Assembly (NCBI GenBank): GCA_017538895.1
Contig: JAFYHY010000108.1
Coordinates: 18,225 to 82,224 of the forward strand
Length of the DNA: 64,000 nt
Source: Aeriscardovia sp.
Lineage (GTDB): Bacteria; Actinomycetota; Actinomycetes; Actinomycetales; Bifidobacteriaceae
Reading direction: 5' to 3'
Part shown: positions 10,253 through 20,166 of the stretch, one piece after another
How the letters are laid out: each line of letters starts with the position of its first letter
Position numbering within the stretch: the stretch's first letter is position 1
The notes under the pieces: model-generated
Seen by the model: the letters and a program-made list of their open reading frames with translations, nothing else
What the model was told of the DNA's origin: nothing
The model's database searches: none
Program-made: the position numbers and the translations under genes

Positions 10253-10339
10253 CGGATAGGGCGAGATTCGAACTCGCGAAGCCCGTAAAGACTTAACGGT
10301 TTTCAGGACCGTCTCCTTCGACCGCTCAGACACCTATCC
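10253..10339 (-). tRNA. tRNA-Ser, anticodon UGA; CCA is not encoded
   Basis: Hand-folded cloverleaf: acceptor GGATAGG/CCTATCC, anticodon stem ACGGT/ACCGT with loop CCTGAAA, long variable arm, and T-arm GCGAG-TTCGAAT-CTCGC. It is collinear with E. coli tRNA-Ser. Position 33 reads C rather than U. Confidence 0.9.
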
Positions 10340-10408
10340 AGTGACGTTACAAGAACGTAATTTCTATTATACACAAAAATTCTTGTAACGCTAAGGGCGC
10401 GTCTTTTT

Positions 10409-11701
10409 TCACGCAGTAACTTTACGGAAATGTGGTTCAATTACTTCCTGACCACCCATGTAAGGGCGCAATGCTTCAGGAATAACAACACTTCCATCTT
10501 TTTGCTGATGATTTTCGAGGATAGCTACTAGCCAACGTGTGGTTGCTAAGGTACCGTTCAAAGTTGCGCATGCGTCAGTTGAACCATCATCCTTGCGATA
10601 ACGAACATTAAGACGACGAGCCTGATATTCATCGCAGTTAGACGTAGAGGTCAATTCACGGTAACGGTTTTGGGTTGGAACCCATGCTTCGCAATCAAAC
10701 TTACGTGATGCAGAAGAACCAAGATCTCCAGCAGCTGTATCAATAACGCGGAATGGAACTTCAACACGGTTCAGCATTTCTTTTTCCATACCAAGAAGTT
10801 GTTGATGCATGTCGCGTGCGTCTTCTGGCTTGCAGTAAACAAACATTTCAACCTTGTAGAACTGATGAACACGAATAATTCCGTGAGTATCTTTTCCAGC
10901 TGCGCCTGCTTCACGACGATAGCAAGCTGACCAACCGCAATACTTTACTGGACCATCAGAGAAATCAAGAATCTCATCAGTGTGCATACCTGCGAGTGCT
11001 ACTTCAGAAGTACCGACAAGATAACTATCATCTGGCATACGAAGACGATAGATTTCATCCGAATGCTGGTTGAGGAATCCTGTACCTGCCATAATTTCTG
11101 GACGTACAAGTGTTGGGGTAATGGTTGGGATAAATCCTTTTGTTCGCGCGAAATCGAAAGCCATGGTATGGAGTGCGACTTCCATACGAGCAATATCGCC
11201 TTTAAGGAAGAAGAATCGAGATCCACCGACTTTAACGCCACGCTTCATATCGATTCCGCCAGAGAGTTCTCCAAGAGCAAGATGATCAAGCGGAGTGAAT
11301 CCTTCAGCGTCGAAGTCACGGATTTCTCCATGCTTTTCACGGACAATATAGTCGTCTTCCCCACCTTCTGGTGCTTCGCCTTCAACAACATTGGATAATT
11401 GCCATGCTGCGTCACGATATTTTTGGTCAGCTTCATCAGCTACAGCTTTAAGGTCAGCAACTTTTTTAGCTAAATCTTGTACTTCAGCAATAACTGCTGC
11501 TTTTTCTTCTGGAGCTGCAGAAGCCACTTTTTTGCCTGCTGCTTTTTGTTCTGCACGTGCAGATTCATATTTTTGTAAAGTATCACGACGAAGTTGATCA
11601 AAAGAAAGAACCTCATCAACGAGTTCTACGCTTTCTCCACGTTTGCGTTGAGATTCGCGGACAATATCAGCGTTTTCACGGATAAATTGAATGTCAAGCA
11701 T
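10409..11701 (-). CDS. serS: Seryl-tRNA synthetase
   Basis: N-terminal coiled-coil arm followed by class II core motifs (GTSEVAL, YRREAG, TLNGT.LA..R). Confidence 0.95.
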   Translation of the reverse strand: MLDIQFIRENADIVRESQRKRGESVELVDEVLSFDQLRRDTLQKYESARAEQKAAGKKVASAAPEEKAAVIAEVQDLAKKVADLKAVADEADQKYRDAAWQLSNVVEGEAPEGGEDDYIVREKHGEIRDFDAEGFTPLDHLALGELSGGIDMKRGVKVGGSRFFFLKGDIARMEVALHTMAFDFARTKGFIPTITPTLVRPEIMAGTGFLNQHSDEIYRLRMPDDSYLVGTSEVALAGMHTDEILDFSDGPVKYCGWSACYRREAGAAGKDTHGIIRVHQFYKVEMFVYCKPEDARDMHQQLLGMEKEMLNRVEVPFRVIDTAAGDLGSSASRKFDCEAWVPTQNRYRELTSTSNCDEYQARRLNVRYRKDDGSTDACATLNGTLATTRWLVAILENHQQKDGSVVIPEALRPYMGGQEVIEPHFRKVTA

Positions 11702-11820
11702 ATCGCTAGATTATCCTTTCATATTGACACGACGGGTCTTTTCTTGATTTGTTTACGTCGTTTTACTCATGTTTTATTTGAATAAATCATTACTGTATAT
11801 TTATTCTTTCATGATTTTTC

Positions 11821-12960
11821 ATGAATAATGAAATTATGAGAGGACAAATTCTGTTATGGGCAGCGGTTTGTATTGCTGTTGTGTTGTTTATTATCAGTGT
11901 TGTATGGATTCGTCATTCCCATCAACATAAACGTTTTGTCTCTCAAATTACACAACGTCGTGCTGATCCTGTTGATTATGCGTTTATCATTAATCCATCA
12001 AAACCTCATGCAGAAGAAATTCGTCAGCATATTAAAAATTTCTGTTCTGCACATTCCATTCTTAATCCCCTTTTTATTGATACGCTGCTCACAAAAGATG
12101 GTTATGCGTGTGCAAAAGAGGCTATTGCTACTGGAGCGCATGTTATCGTTGCCTGTGGTGGAGATGGAACAGTCCGGACTGTTGCTAATGCGGTTGCGGA
12201 AACCAATTGTGCTTTGGGCGTGATCCCGATGGGAACAGCTAACTTATTTGCACGAAATGTTGGAATTCCTATCGATAATATTGATGAAGCTTTGCAAATA
12301 GTTATTTCTCATGGTTCGCGACGTATCGATATGGGTCATATGGTTTTATCTGATTCTAAAGATCCATCACGTCATCATGGTTTTCTTCTTATCAGTGGTA
12401 TCGGATTTGATGCTGCTATGATTAATTCCACCAATCCTGTGTTAAAAAAGCATATTGGATGGATGGCTTATTTTGCTGGTGCAGTAAAACATTTAAATGC
12501 TAGACATCATCGTGGAACAATTATTATTCGCCAACGAGATGGACGTATTTTAGAAAGCAAAGAAACAATATTCCGTACTTTTTTGGCCGGTAATTGTGGA
12601 AAAATCCCTATTATTTCTTTATTGCCACAAGCTGATTATTCAGATGGCATGTTAGATTTTGCTCTTTTAAATACTAAAGCTGGGCTCTTAGGATGGACCT
12701 CTCTAGCTAATGATATGTTTTATCAAACCATTTCTCATAAACCCGGTGGTAGTCCACTGAATTTCAATTCAGATGTGAAAGAAACTCAAGGTGTGTCAGC
12801 AGAATTGTTCCTTGATGAACCTGCTCTCGCTCAAGTCGACGGAGACATTCTCGGACATACAAAACATGTCATCATTTCAATCGCTCAACGAGCTCTTCTT
12901 GTCCGCGTTCCTGTTTCCCCATTACTTGATGAAACTGGCCTTATGCAACCTATTAGTTAA
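11821..12960 (+). CDS. Diacylglycerol/lipid kinase family protein (YegS/BmrU-like) with an N-terminal TM helix
   Basis: DAGK catalytic-domain motif VIVACGGDGTVRTV, and an N-terminal hydrophobic helix LLWAAVCIAVVLFIISVVWI. Confidence 0.75.
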   Translation: MNNEIMRGQILLWAAVCIAVVLFIISVVWIRHSHQHKRFVSQITQRRADPVDYAFIINPSKPHAEEIRQHIKNFCSAHSILNPLFIDTLLTKDGYACAKEAIATGAHVIVACGGDGTVRTVANAVAETNCALGVIPMGTANLFARNVGIPIDNIDEALQIVISHGSRRIDMGHMVLSDSKDPSRHHGFLLISGIGFDAAMINSTNPVLKKHIGWMAYFAGAVKHLNARHHRGTIIIRQRDGRILESKETIFRTFLAGNCGKIPIISLLPQADYSDGMLDFALLNTKAGLLGWTSLANDMFYQTISHKPGGSPLNFNSDVKETQGVSAELFLDEPALAQVDGDILGHTKHVIISIAQRALLVRVPVSPLLDETGLMQPIS

Positions 12961-13002
12961 ATTAATTAATTTTCTCAGTAAATTGGTGGCACAATAGGGT
13001 AT

Positions 13003-14679
13003 ATGGTAGCAAAAAATGCGGGAATGCCCGCCACTCCAGCAGATCTCGTTGACATCGACGAGCTAATTAACAAATATTATGATCTCGTTCCTGACCCTTC
13101 TATCAAAGAACAACGGGTTTCTTTCGGAACAAGTGGTCATCGTGGTTCTAGCTTGAAAACTTCCTTCAATGAGGCACATATTGTTGCTATTTCTCAAGCT
13201 ATTGCAGAAAACCGTGCAGCACGTCATATTACCGGTCCACTTTACATCGGTATCGACACACATGCACTCAGCCGTCCTGCATTCCAAACCGCTTTGGAGG
13301 TTCTTGTTGCTAACGGTGTTCATGTCCGCATTGATTCCCGCGATGATTTCACACCAACTCCAGTCGTTTCACAAGCAATTTTGACATATAACCGCGCTGA
13401 TGATGGTTCACAACGTCTCACAGGATCCAACCTTGCTGATGGTATCGTTGTTACCCCATCCCACAATCCTCCTACTGATGGCGGTTTTAAGTACGATAGT
13501 GTCAATGGCGGTCCAGCAGATACAGATATCACAAACCAAATTGCTCAACGTGCAAATGAACTCCTTCCTATATGGAAATCTATTAAACGCGTTCCATTTG
13601 ATCAAGCAATCACCTCAGAATATGTTGAACATTTTGATTTCCGCAAAAACTATATTGATGACTTAGAGAATGTCATTGATTTCGATGTTATTCGCTCCTC
13701 AGGTATTCGTCTTGGTATTGATCCACTTGGTGGAGCAAGTGTCCACTACTGGCCTGTTATTGCTGAACAATATGACATCAATGTATCAGTAACTAATTCA
13801 ATCGTCGATCCACAATGGTCCTTCATGACTATCGATCATGATGGCAAGATCCGTATGGATCCAAGTTCCCCATATGCAATGAAGGGTCTTTCTGACCGTC
13901 TTAATAACGGTGCATGGGATCATTATGACCTTGTTGGTGGTACAGACCCAGATGCTGACCGCCACGGTATTATTTGCCCAAACTGGGGTGTTATGAATCC
14001 AAACCATTACCTTGCAGTATGCGTTGAATATCTCTTCGGCGGAAACCGTCCAGGATGGCCAGCTGGAGCTGGTGTTGGTAAAACACTCGTCAGCTCTTCA
14101 TTGATCGACCGTGTCGCTACATCTGTTAATGCACCACTATACGAAGTTCCTGTTGGATTTAAATGGTTTGTTGATCCTATGTCTTCTGGCATTGTTGGTT
14201 TTGGTGGCGAAGAGAGCTCAGGAATGAGTTTCTTAAGGAAGAACGGTAAACTTTGGACTACTGATAAAGATGGTCTTATCCCTGATCTTCTTGCAGCAGA
14301 AATAACAGCAAAGACAGGAAAGAATCCTGCTGAACTCCATCAAGAGCAAGTAAAACACTTTGGTGAAAGCTGGTATAAGCGTATCGATACACCATGCACT
14401 TTGGAACAAAAGTTACAATTAAAGCAGCTATCAGAAAAGAATGTTACTGCAACAACATTAGCTGGTGAAGAAATTACTTCCATCTTAACCGAAGCTCCAG
14501 GGGATCAGTCTCCTATCGGAGGCCTGAAAGTGACAACTCGTAATAGTTGGTTTGCTGCACGTCCTTCTGGAACAGAAAACATCTATAAGATTTATGCAGA
14601 ATCCTTTAATTCTCCTGAATCATTAAAGGTTGTTCTTTCTGAAGCAAACAACATCGTTACTTCAGCATTACAAGCATAA
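13003..14679 (+). CDS. pgm: Phosphoglucomutase (alpha-D-glucose phosphate-specific)
   Basis: Phosphoserine loop TPSHNPPTDGGFKY, metal loop GTDPDADR, and GGEESSG. Confidence 0.93.
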   Translation: MVAKNAGMPATPADLVDIDELINKYYDLVPDPSIKEQRVSFGTSGHRGSSLKTSFNEAHIVAISQAIAENRAARHITGPLYIGIDTHALSRPAFQTALEVLVANGVHVRIDSRDDFTPTPVVSQAILTYNRADDGSQRLTGSNLADGIVVTPSHNPPTDGGFKYDSVNGGPADTDITNQIAQRANELLPIWKSIKRVPFDQAITSEYVEHFDFRKNYIDDLENVIDFDVIRSSGIRLGIDPLGGASVHYWPVIAEQYDINVSVTNSIVDPQWSFMTIDHDGKIRMDPSSPYAMKGLSDRLNNGAWDHYDLVGGTDPDADRHGIICPNWGVMNPNHYLAVCVEYLFGGNRPGWPAGAGVGKTLVSSSLIDRVATSVNAPLYEVPVGFKWFVDPMSSGIVGFGGEESSGMSFLRKNGKLWTTDKDGLIPDLLAAEITAKTGKNPAELHQEQVKHFGESWYKRIDTPCTLEQKLQLKQLSEKNVTATTLAGEEITSILTEAPGDQSPIGGLKVTTRNSWFAARPSGTENIYKIYAESFNSPESLKVVLSEANNIVTSALQA

Positions 14680-14698
14680 CTGTGATTTTCCTTATTAC

Positions 14699-14738
14699 TG
14701 CGGTCTGGTCATTCCTGATTAGACCGCATTTTCTTTTT
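14699..14738 (+). terminator. Rho-independent terminator after pgm
   Basis: tgcggtct...agaccgca stem followed by ttttcttttt. Confidence 0.75.
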
Positions 14739-14755
14739 ATAGAGAGAATAGAACT

Positions 14756-15373
14756 ATGACAGAAAATAATTCACTTCAGTTCACAGATATTGTTTCCACT
14801 GATGGAAGCGCCCTCAGTAACCCTCATGGTCCGATGGGCTGGGGATGGGTTAATCAGCGAACCGGTGCTCATGACGCAGGTGGAGCTAGTAATGGTACTA
14901 ACCAAATTGGAGAACTCTGCGCTATCTTAGAAGCTCTTCGACATCATCATTCTAGTGAGCATCTTCTTATAGAATCTGATTCACAATATGCAATTAACTG
15001 CTCTTCCGTGTGGATCACCAATTGGAAGAAGAATGGGTGGAAAAATTCTCAAAAAAAGCCCGTAAAAAATAGTGCTATTATCCAAGCCATTGACTGGGAA
15101 ATGACACATCGCTCAGGAACCGTTTCTTTCAAATGGGTAAAAGGACATGCAGGAAATAAATTCAATGAGATTGTCGATGGTCTCGCTCATGGTTATTCTT
15201 CTGCAGTTGCTGAAGGACGAAAAACAGGATATATGCCATTAGAAGGATGGGACGCTCTCCTCAACTCCCCATATCATGAAGGGCTTGATATTCCGCCTGA
15301 CATTTTACAAAAATTAGAAGAGCAGCATGATGGCTCTCAAAGCAACGAATTTATGAATGGTCTTCTCTTTTAA
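14756..15373 (+). CDS. rnhA: Ribonuclease HI
   Basis: DEDD residues sit in context: TDGSALSNP, GELCAILEAL, ESDSQYAI and NEIVDGLA. Confidence 0.88.
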   Translation: MTENNSLQFTDIVSTDGSALSNPHGPMGWGWVNQRTGAHDAGGASNGTNQIGELCAILEALRHHHSSEHLLIESDSQYAINCSSVWITNWKKNGWKNSQKKPVKNSAIIQAIDWEMTHRSGTVSFKWVKGHAGNKFNEIVDGLAHGYSSAVAEGRKTGYMPLEGWDALLNSPYHEGLDIPPDILQKLEEQHDGSQSNEFMNGLLF

Positions 15374-15444
15374 ACACACTAAAAGGTAGTTTCCCGACTA
15401 CTCTGAAAGTGATAATAATTTGAACTTTGAGGAAGAAGATTATT

Positions 15445-16143
15445 ATGCCAGAAACGTTACAAGATTCTTTGAAAAAAGAAGTCGGCGTTGAAGCTGCACG
15501 TCTTATTCAATCCGATATGATTGTTGGCCTTGGTACAGGATCTACTGTTCGTTATTTAGTAGATGAATTAGGGCGTCGTTGCCATGAAGAAGATCTTCAT
15601 TTCACTGGTGTGACGACATCACGTCGCACAGCAATTCAAGCTCAATCATATGGAATTCCTATTGTGAATATCAATGATGTAGACCATATTGATATTACTA
15701 TTGATGGTGCTGACCAATGTGATAAACATTTCGATGGCATTAAAGGAGGCGGAGCAGCTCTCCTCTGGGAAAAAATTGTTGCTGTCAATTCTGACTATTA
15801 TGTTTGGATCGTAGATCAATCAAAAATGTGTGACACTATTGGTGCTTTTCCTTTGCCAGTGGAAGTTATTCCTTTTGGATCGCAGCATGTTATATCTTAT
15901 TTTGAGCATCAAGGATATGAGCCTGTTTTACGTCGAGATGCTTTAGGAAACGTCATTCATACAGATGAGAATAATGTTATTGTTGATCTTCATTTGCATC
16001 ATATTGATGATCCACAAGCTCTTAGTGAAGATCTTATTCATACTGTAGGTGTCGTTGAGCATGGTCTCTTTTTGAATATGGTGGACAAAGTCATTATTGG
16101 TAGTAAAAACGGTCCTACTGTTCTCTTAAACCCTTATAAATAA
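15445..16143 (+). CDS. rpiA: Ribose-5-phosphate isomerase A
   Basis: GLGTGSTV, IDGADQ and KGGGAALLWEK motifs. I preferred the ATG at 15445, after the GAGGAAG RBS, over the TTG at 15427. Confidence 0.92.
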   Translation: MPETLQDSLKKEVGVEAARLIQSDMIVGLGTGSTVRYLVDELGRRCHEEDLHFTGVTTSRRTAIQAQSYGIPIVNINDVDHIDITIDGADQCDKHFDGIKGGGAALLWEKIVAVNSDYYVWIVDQSKMCDTIGAFPLPVEVIPFGSQHVISYFEHQGYEPVLRRDALGNVIHTDENNVIVDLHLHHIDDPQALSEDLIHTVGVVEHGLFLNMVDKVIIGSKNGPTVLLNPYK

Positions 16144-16147
16144 AAGT

Positions 16148-16186
16148 AAGAGGTTTCTTCCTATTATTTATAGGAAGAAACCTCTT
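16148..16186. terminator. Bidirectional hairpin between convergent rpiA and the bS22 gene
   Basis: 16-bp perfect stem aagaggtttcttccta / taggaagaaacctctt with a 7-nt loop. Confidence 0.75.
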
Positions 16187-16194
16187 AACACATC

Positions 16195-16287
16195 TCATTT
16201 GTTGCGCTGATGACGAGTCTTACGCAGTAATTTACGATGCTTCTTCTTACTCATGCGCTTGCGACGCTTCTTAATGACTGATCCCAT
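16195..16287 (-). CDS. Actinobacterial 30-aa basic peptide, ribosomal protein bS22 family (AURKAIP1/COX24-like)
   Basis: My own translation is [30 protein letters not shown], with a GGAGGG RBS 7 nt upstream. It falls below the ORF-track length cutoff. Confidence 0.85.
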   Translation of the reverse strand: MGSVIKKRRKRMSKKKHRKLLRKTRHQRNK

Positions 16288-16407
16288 GAGGAACCCTCCG
16301 ATCTAACCTACAAAGACTATTAAGAGTCAACTGTTCGTCATTTTACTCCATTTATAAGACTCAGTTTGTATTTATTTAGTTCTGAGTCTCTGTTTCAGTA
16401 ATCACGA

Positions 16408-17034
16408 TTACAGTGGGAACTCTTGATAGAAACTTTTCACTGCTGATGTCGGGCCAGAAATTTCGAAAATGCATGTGCTATTTTGCCAAATTGCAACAGC
16501 TTGATTGGCATTATCCGCTGCTTCATTTACTTGATACGTACCTGTTTTTTGGCCGTTTACTTTGACATCTCCTGAAGCAATTTTATTGCCTGTCAATTTT
16601 GCGGCAAGAGAACTATAAACACTTTGCGCATTATTTGCTAAAGCCCATTGACCAACAAGAAGAGTGATATTTTGTGAGCTGTCACCAGTAGAGTAAACAA
16701 TTTTGTGTTCTTCTAATGGCAATGTTTGTGACCATACACTCGTATTGGTGATTTGCTGACGCGCATAAGCACCAACGTCTGCTGGCATAGCCTTTAACAG
16801 ATTTGTAGAATTTGCTGGCAATGCAATAGCAGCAATCTTTGGTGTTTGATTAGCAGCCTGTTGAGAAGTTGCTTGAGAAGCTGTATTACTCTTCACAGCC
16901 CAACCCGGCCAGATAAATGCAGAAATAAGACCTAAGACAGCTATCACAATGATAGTAACAACAATTGTTGCTCCTGCATGATGTTTCTTTGGTTGATTTT
17001 CTATATTCTGCGCACCATTCATATTTGAGCTCAT
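16408..17034 (-). CDS. Hypothetical membrane-anchored extracytoplasmic protein
   Basis: 208-aa ORF with one N-terminal TM helix (ATIVVTIIVIAVLGLISAFIW). I recognise no motif in it. Confidence 0.55.
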   Translation of the reverse strand: MSSNMNGAQNIENQPKKHHAGATIVVTIIVIAVLGLISAFIWPGWAVKSNTASQATSQQAANQTPKIAAIALPANSTNLLKAMPADVGAYARQQITNTSVWSQTLPLEEHKIVYSTGDSSQNITLLVGQWALANNAQSVYSSLAAKLTGNKIASGDVKVNGQKTGTYQVNEAADNANQAVAIWQNSTCIFEISGPTSAVKSFYQEFPL

Positions 17035-17097
17035 GGGTATATTTTTCCACAGTGAGTAGACGCCGTACTATATCAGAGAGAAGAAAGGCGAAAAGAT

Positions 17098-18531
17098 ATG
17101 GCAAAAAGTGAGACAACTTTTCTCTGTTCTGATTGTGGTTGGAGCGGTGAAAAATGGTATGGTCGTTGTCCGAATTGTGGTGAATGGGGAACAGTTAATG
17201 AGTATCATCCACCAAAAAATACTCTTTCTCATAGTAAGAATTCACATTCTGTACAACGGTCTTCTCTTCCAGTAACTAATAGTGATGATCTTGTTCATCG
17301 TGTGACGGACTTCACTGACAATAATATGAAATCTCAAATGCGTCTCCAGACAGGTTTTGCTGAATTTGATCGTGTTCTTGGCGGAGGCATTGTCAGCGGT
17401 TCAGTCATTTTAATTGCTGGTGAACCTGGAATTGGTAAATCAACATTATTACTTGATACTGCAAATCATATTGCACAGACTACGAATAAAGTTTTATATA
17501 TTTCGGGAGAAGAATCAGTCTCCCAGATACAAATGAGAGCTCAACGTATTCATGCATTATCAGATCATCTTCTTTTAGCGTCAACTACCAATCTTGAAAC
17601 AGCCTTAACCCTTCTTGAAAATGAGCATCCTGACTTAGCCATTATTGATTCTGTTCAAACAATTATGTCGAATGATAATGAGGGTATTTCAGGAGGATCA
17701 TCCCAAGTACGTGAAGTAACCCGAAGCGTTATCAGTATTGCAAAGAATTTTAATATTCCTACATTGTTAGTTGGTCATGTTACTAAAGATGGTTCTGTTG
17801 CAGGTCCACGAACATTAGAACATTTAGTTGATGTTGTTTGTCAGTTTGATGGTGATCCACAAACAGCACTACGTATGTTACGTGCCACAAAAAATCGTTT
17901 CGGGCCTACTGATGAAGTAGGCTGCTTTGATATGACTGATGACGGTATTAAAGAAGTTGCTGATCCCACTGGTTTATTTATGTCTGATTCAAACCTGCCA
18001 AGTGATGGTACATGTATTACATTTACTCGTGAGGGGCATCGTAGTCTTCCTATTGAGATCCAATCCTTAGTCACAACAAGCGTTTTACCTACACCACGTC
18101 GTGCTGTTAATGGTGTTGATTCAAGTCGTGTATCAATGCTTGTTGCTGTGTTATATAAGCATGCGCATATACGTCTTCTTGATAAAGATTTATATATTTC
18201 AACGGTTGCAGGAGGTATTGCCAAAGAACCATCTGTTGATCTAGCAATTTGTTGCTCGTTAGGTTCCGCTGCTAGCGGTTGTCCTATTGACCATACAACG
18301 GCAATATTGGGAGAAGTAGCCCTTACTGGAGAGATACGTCCTCTCCCCTATATCGAGCAACGTCTTGTTGATGCGCAACGTATGGGATTTACAACCTTTA
18401 TTATTCCTATGCGACAAGTCATTAGAAAAGAAGAGCGTTTTAAATCCTTAACAATCATACGAGTTGCTACATTAGCAGAGGCTTTGCGTGCTTTACATCT
18501 CACTACACGGTTTAATCATCAGGGAAGGTAA
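17098..18531 (+). CDS. radA: DNA repair protein RadA/Sms
   Basis: Zn-ribbon CSDCG..CPNCG, Walker A GEPGIGKST, KNRFGP motif, and a Lon-like C-terminal domain. Confidence 0.95.
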   Translation: MAKSETTFLCSDCGWSGEKWYGRCPNCGEWGTVNEYHPPKNTLSHSKNSHSVQRSSLPVTNSDDLVHRVTDFTDNNMKSQMRLQTGFAEFDRVLGGGIVSGSVILIAGEPGIGKSTLLLDTANHIAQTTNKVLYISGEESVSQIQMRAQRIHALSDHLLLASTTNLETALTLLENEHPDLAIIDSVQTIMSNDNEGISGGSSQVREVTRSVISIAKNFNIPTLLVGHVTKDGSVAGPRTLEHLVDVVCQFDGDPQTALRMLRATKNRFGPTDEVGCFDMTDDGIKEVADPTGLFMSDSNLPSDGTCITFTREGHRSLPIEIQSLVTTSVLPTPRRAVNGVDSSRVSMLVAVLYKHAHIRLLDKDLYISTVAGGIAKEPSVDLAICCSLGSAASGCPIDHTTAILGEVALTGEIRPLPYIEQRLVDAQRMGFTTFIIPMRQVIRKEERFKSLTIIRVATLAEALRALHLTTRFNHQGR

Positions 18532-19441
18532 TGTCTCCGACACTATTTCTACTCACTAACTTTTCTTGTTCTAATGCGGTGCAACAGATATGGATTTGAT
18601 CTGCATTATCCCATAAACTTTGAAGATCTTGAACAGTTAAATGAGGATGTTCAATGCCATGTGAAGCTTGTTCACGTAAAGCTTTGAGGATTAATCCTCG
18701 CAACTGTCGATTGGTTCCTTTCCATTTTTGTGTTTTACGTGTTGTATGTATTCCTTTTCCTGGGAAACCTTGTTTTTTCCATTTGCATACGGATGATAAT
18801 GGGCATTCACTACACAGCGTGTTTTTTGAGGTGCAGGTAGTAGCGCCAATTTCCATGATGCATTGGTTCCATAGTACTGATGCTGGCATGTGTTGCTGCT
18901 GTGCGTCATATGGTAATAGTTTTTCAGCTAGCTGGTAATCAGTTGATGTAACAGTTCCGCCGATGCTTTCTTGACCGAGAAAAGCTCGTGAAAGGACACG
19001 CCGAATATTTGTATCAACAACCGTAATTCTCTGATGTAAAGCAAATGATAAGACGGCACTAGCTGTATAACGGCCTATTCCAGGTAGCTGGATCAGTTCC
19101 TCATATGTGTTTGGTACTGTATTGTCATATGTGGTGCTGAGTACTTTTGCACAGGTTTGAAGACGTAAAGCACGTGATGGATATCCTAAATTTCCCCATG
19201 CGAGTAAAATGCTTGCTACTGGCGCATTCGCACAGTCTGCTGGAGTTGGCCACTGTGTAATCCATTGAGTCCAGTACGGTGCAACCCTGGTCATTGGTGT
19301 TTGTTGACTCATTACTTCTGATACAAGAATTTCCCAAGCGGAAATCCCTGTTTTTCTCCATGGTAAGGCACGCGCGTGTTGGCTCCACCAATCTTGTAAA
19401 ACTGGTATTAATTGTGTTGTTTGTGTCGGATTGTCAGTCAT
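18512..19441 (-). CDS. mutY: A/G-specific adenine DNA glycosylase (HhH-GPD, 4Fe-4S; MutY family)
   Basis: LPGIGRYTASAV helix-hairpin-helix, VDTNIRRV, and Cys cluster C..C.SKNTLCSEC....C. The likely start is MTDNPTQ at 19441. Its 3' end overlaps the radA 3' end by 20 nt. Confidence 0.8.
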   Translation of the reverse strand: MTDNPTQTTQLIPVLQDWWSQHARALPWRKTGISAWEILVSEVMSQQTPMTRVAPYWTQWITQWPTPADCANAPVASILLAWGNLGYPSRALRLQTCAKVLSTTYDNTVPNTYEELIQLPGIGRYTASAVLSFALHQRITVVDTNIRRVLSRAFLGQESIGGTVTSTDYQLAEKLLPYDAQQQHMPASVLWNQCIMEIGATTCTSKNTLCSECPLSSVCKWKKQGFPGKGIHTTRKTQKWKGTNRQLRGLILKALREQASHGIEHPHLTVQDLQSLWDNADQIHICCTALEQEKLVSRNSVGDITFPDD

Positions 19442-19481
19442 AGTCTCTAGTCTGTCGCTTATGTTGGATGAAAACAATACT

Positions 19482-20129
19482 ATGAATAAAGAAGAGTTAC
19501 AACAGGAATCTGTTCCTGCCATTGAATCCATGTTTGAATATGGATATCGTAAGTCAAATTATGGTCCAGATGAGCTAATTACTGATGCGCATGGCAATCC
19601 AATTAGCACGATTGATGCGATGTTGAGTGCTAAAGAAGCTGCTGATACTAAAACATCAACGCCTCATCTGTGCTTCTATTCTCCACGTATTCCTGGTAAT
19701 ACTGGGTCTGCTATTCGTTTATGTGCTGTTACGGGGACAATTCTTCATTTAGTAGAACCGCTTGGATTCAATTTACGTGATACAAAACTGCGTCGTGCGG
19801 GGTTAGATTATCATGACATGGCGCATGTCGTTTTGCATCCTAATTTTGATGATTTAGTTCAATCTATGCCAAATTCACGTATTATTGCATTCACAGCACA
19901 TGCAACCAAACTGTACACTGATATTGACTATAGGCCAACAGATATTTTGTTGTTCGGACCAGAACCAGGTAATATTCCGGATCCTATGGATATCATGTGC
20001 GGCCCACATGTGGCGGAACAGGTACGACTTCCGATGAGACCAAGTTTACGAAGTTTAAACTTAACAAACTGTGCATCAATTGCTATTTATGAAGCATGGC
20101 GACAACTTGGTTTTAGTGGCGGTAAGTAA
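19482..20129 (+). CDS. trmL: tRNA (cytidine/uridine-2'-O)-methyltransferase TrmL (SpoU/TrmH class) with an N-terminal extension
   Basis: PRIPGNTGSAIRLC and LNLTNCASIAIYEAWRQ motifs. The start is uncertain; in-frame candidates are at 19431, 19461, 19482 and 19530. Confidence 0.75.
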   Translation: MNKEELQQESVPAIESMFEYGYRKSNYGPDELITDAHGNPISTIDAMLSAKEAADTKTSTPHLCFYSPRIPGNTGSAIRLCAVTGTILHLVEPLGFNLRDTKLRRAGLDYHDMAHVVLHPNFDDLVQSMPNSRIIAFTAHATKLYTDIDYRPTDILLFGPEPGNIPDPMDIMCGPHVAEQVRLPMRPSLRSLNLTNCASIAIYEAWRQLGFSGGK

Positions 20130-20166
20130 ACTCAATACCCATTTCAGAGAGGAAGGTGACATAATA

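Noticed and set aside
10151-10333. 60-aa ORF from the track
   Set aside because: It lies on the same strand as tRNA-Ser and its terminator and overlaps them. It is an artefact.
11702-11820. T-box leader upstream of serS
   Set aside because: There are only about 120 nt, shared with a divergent promoter. No specifier-loop or T-box (AGGGUGGNACCGCG-like) sequence is present.
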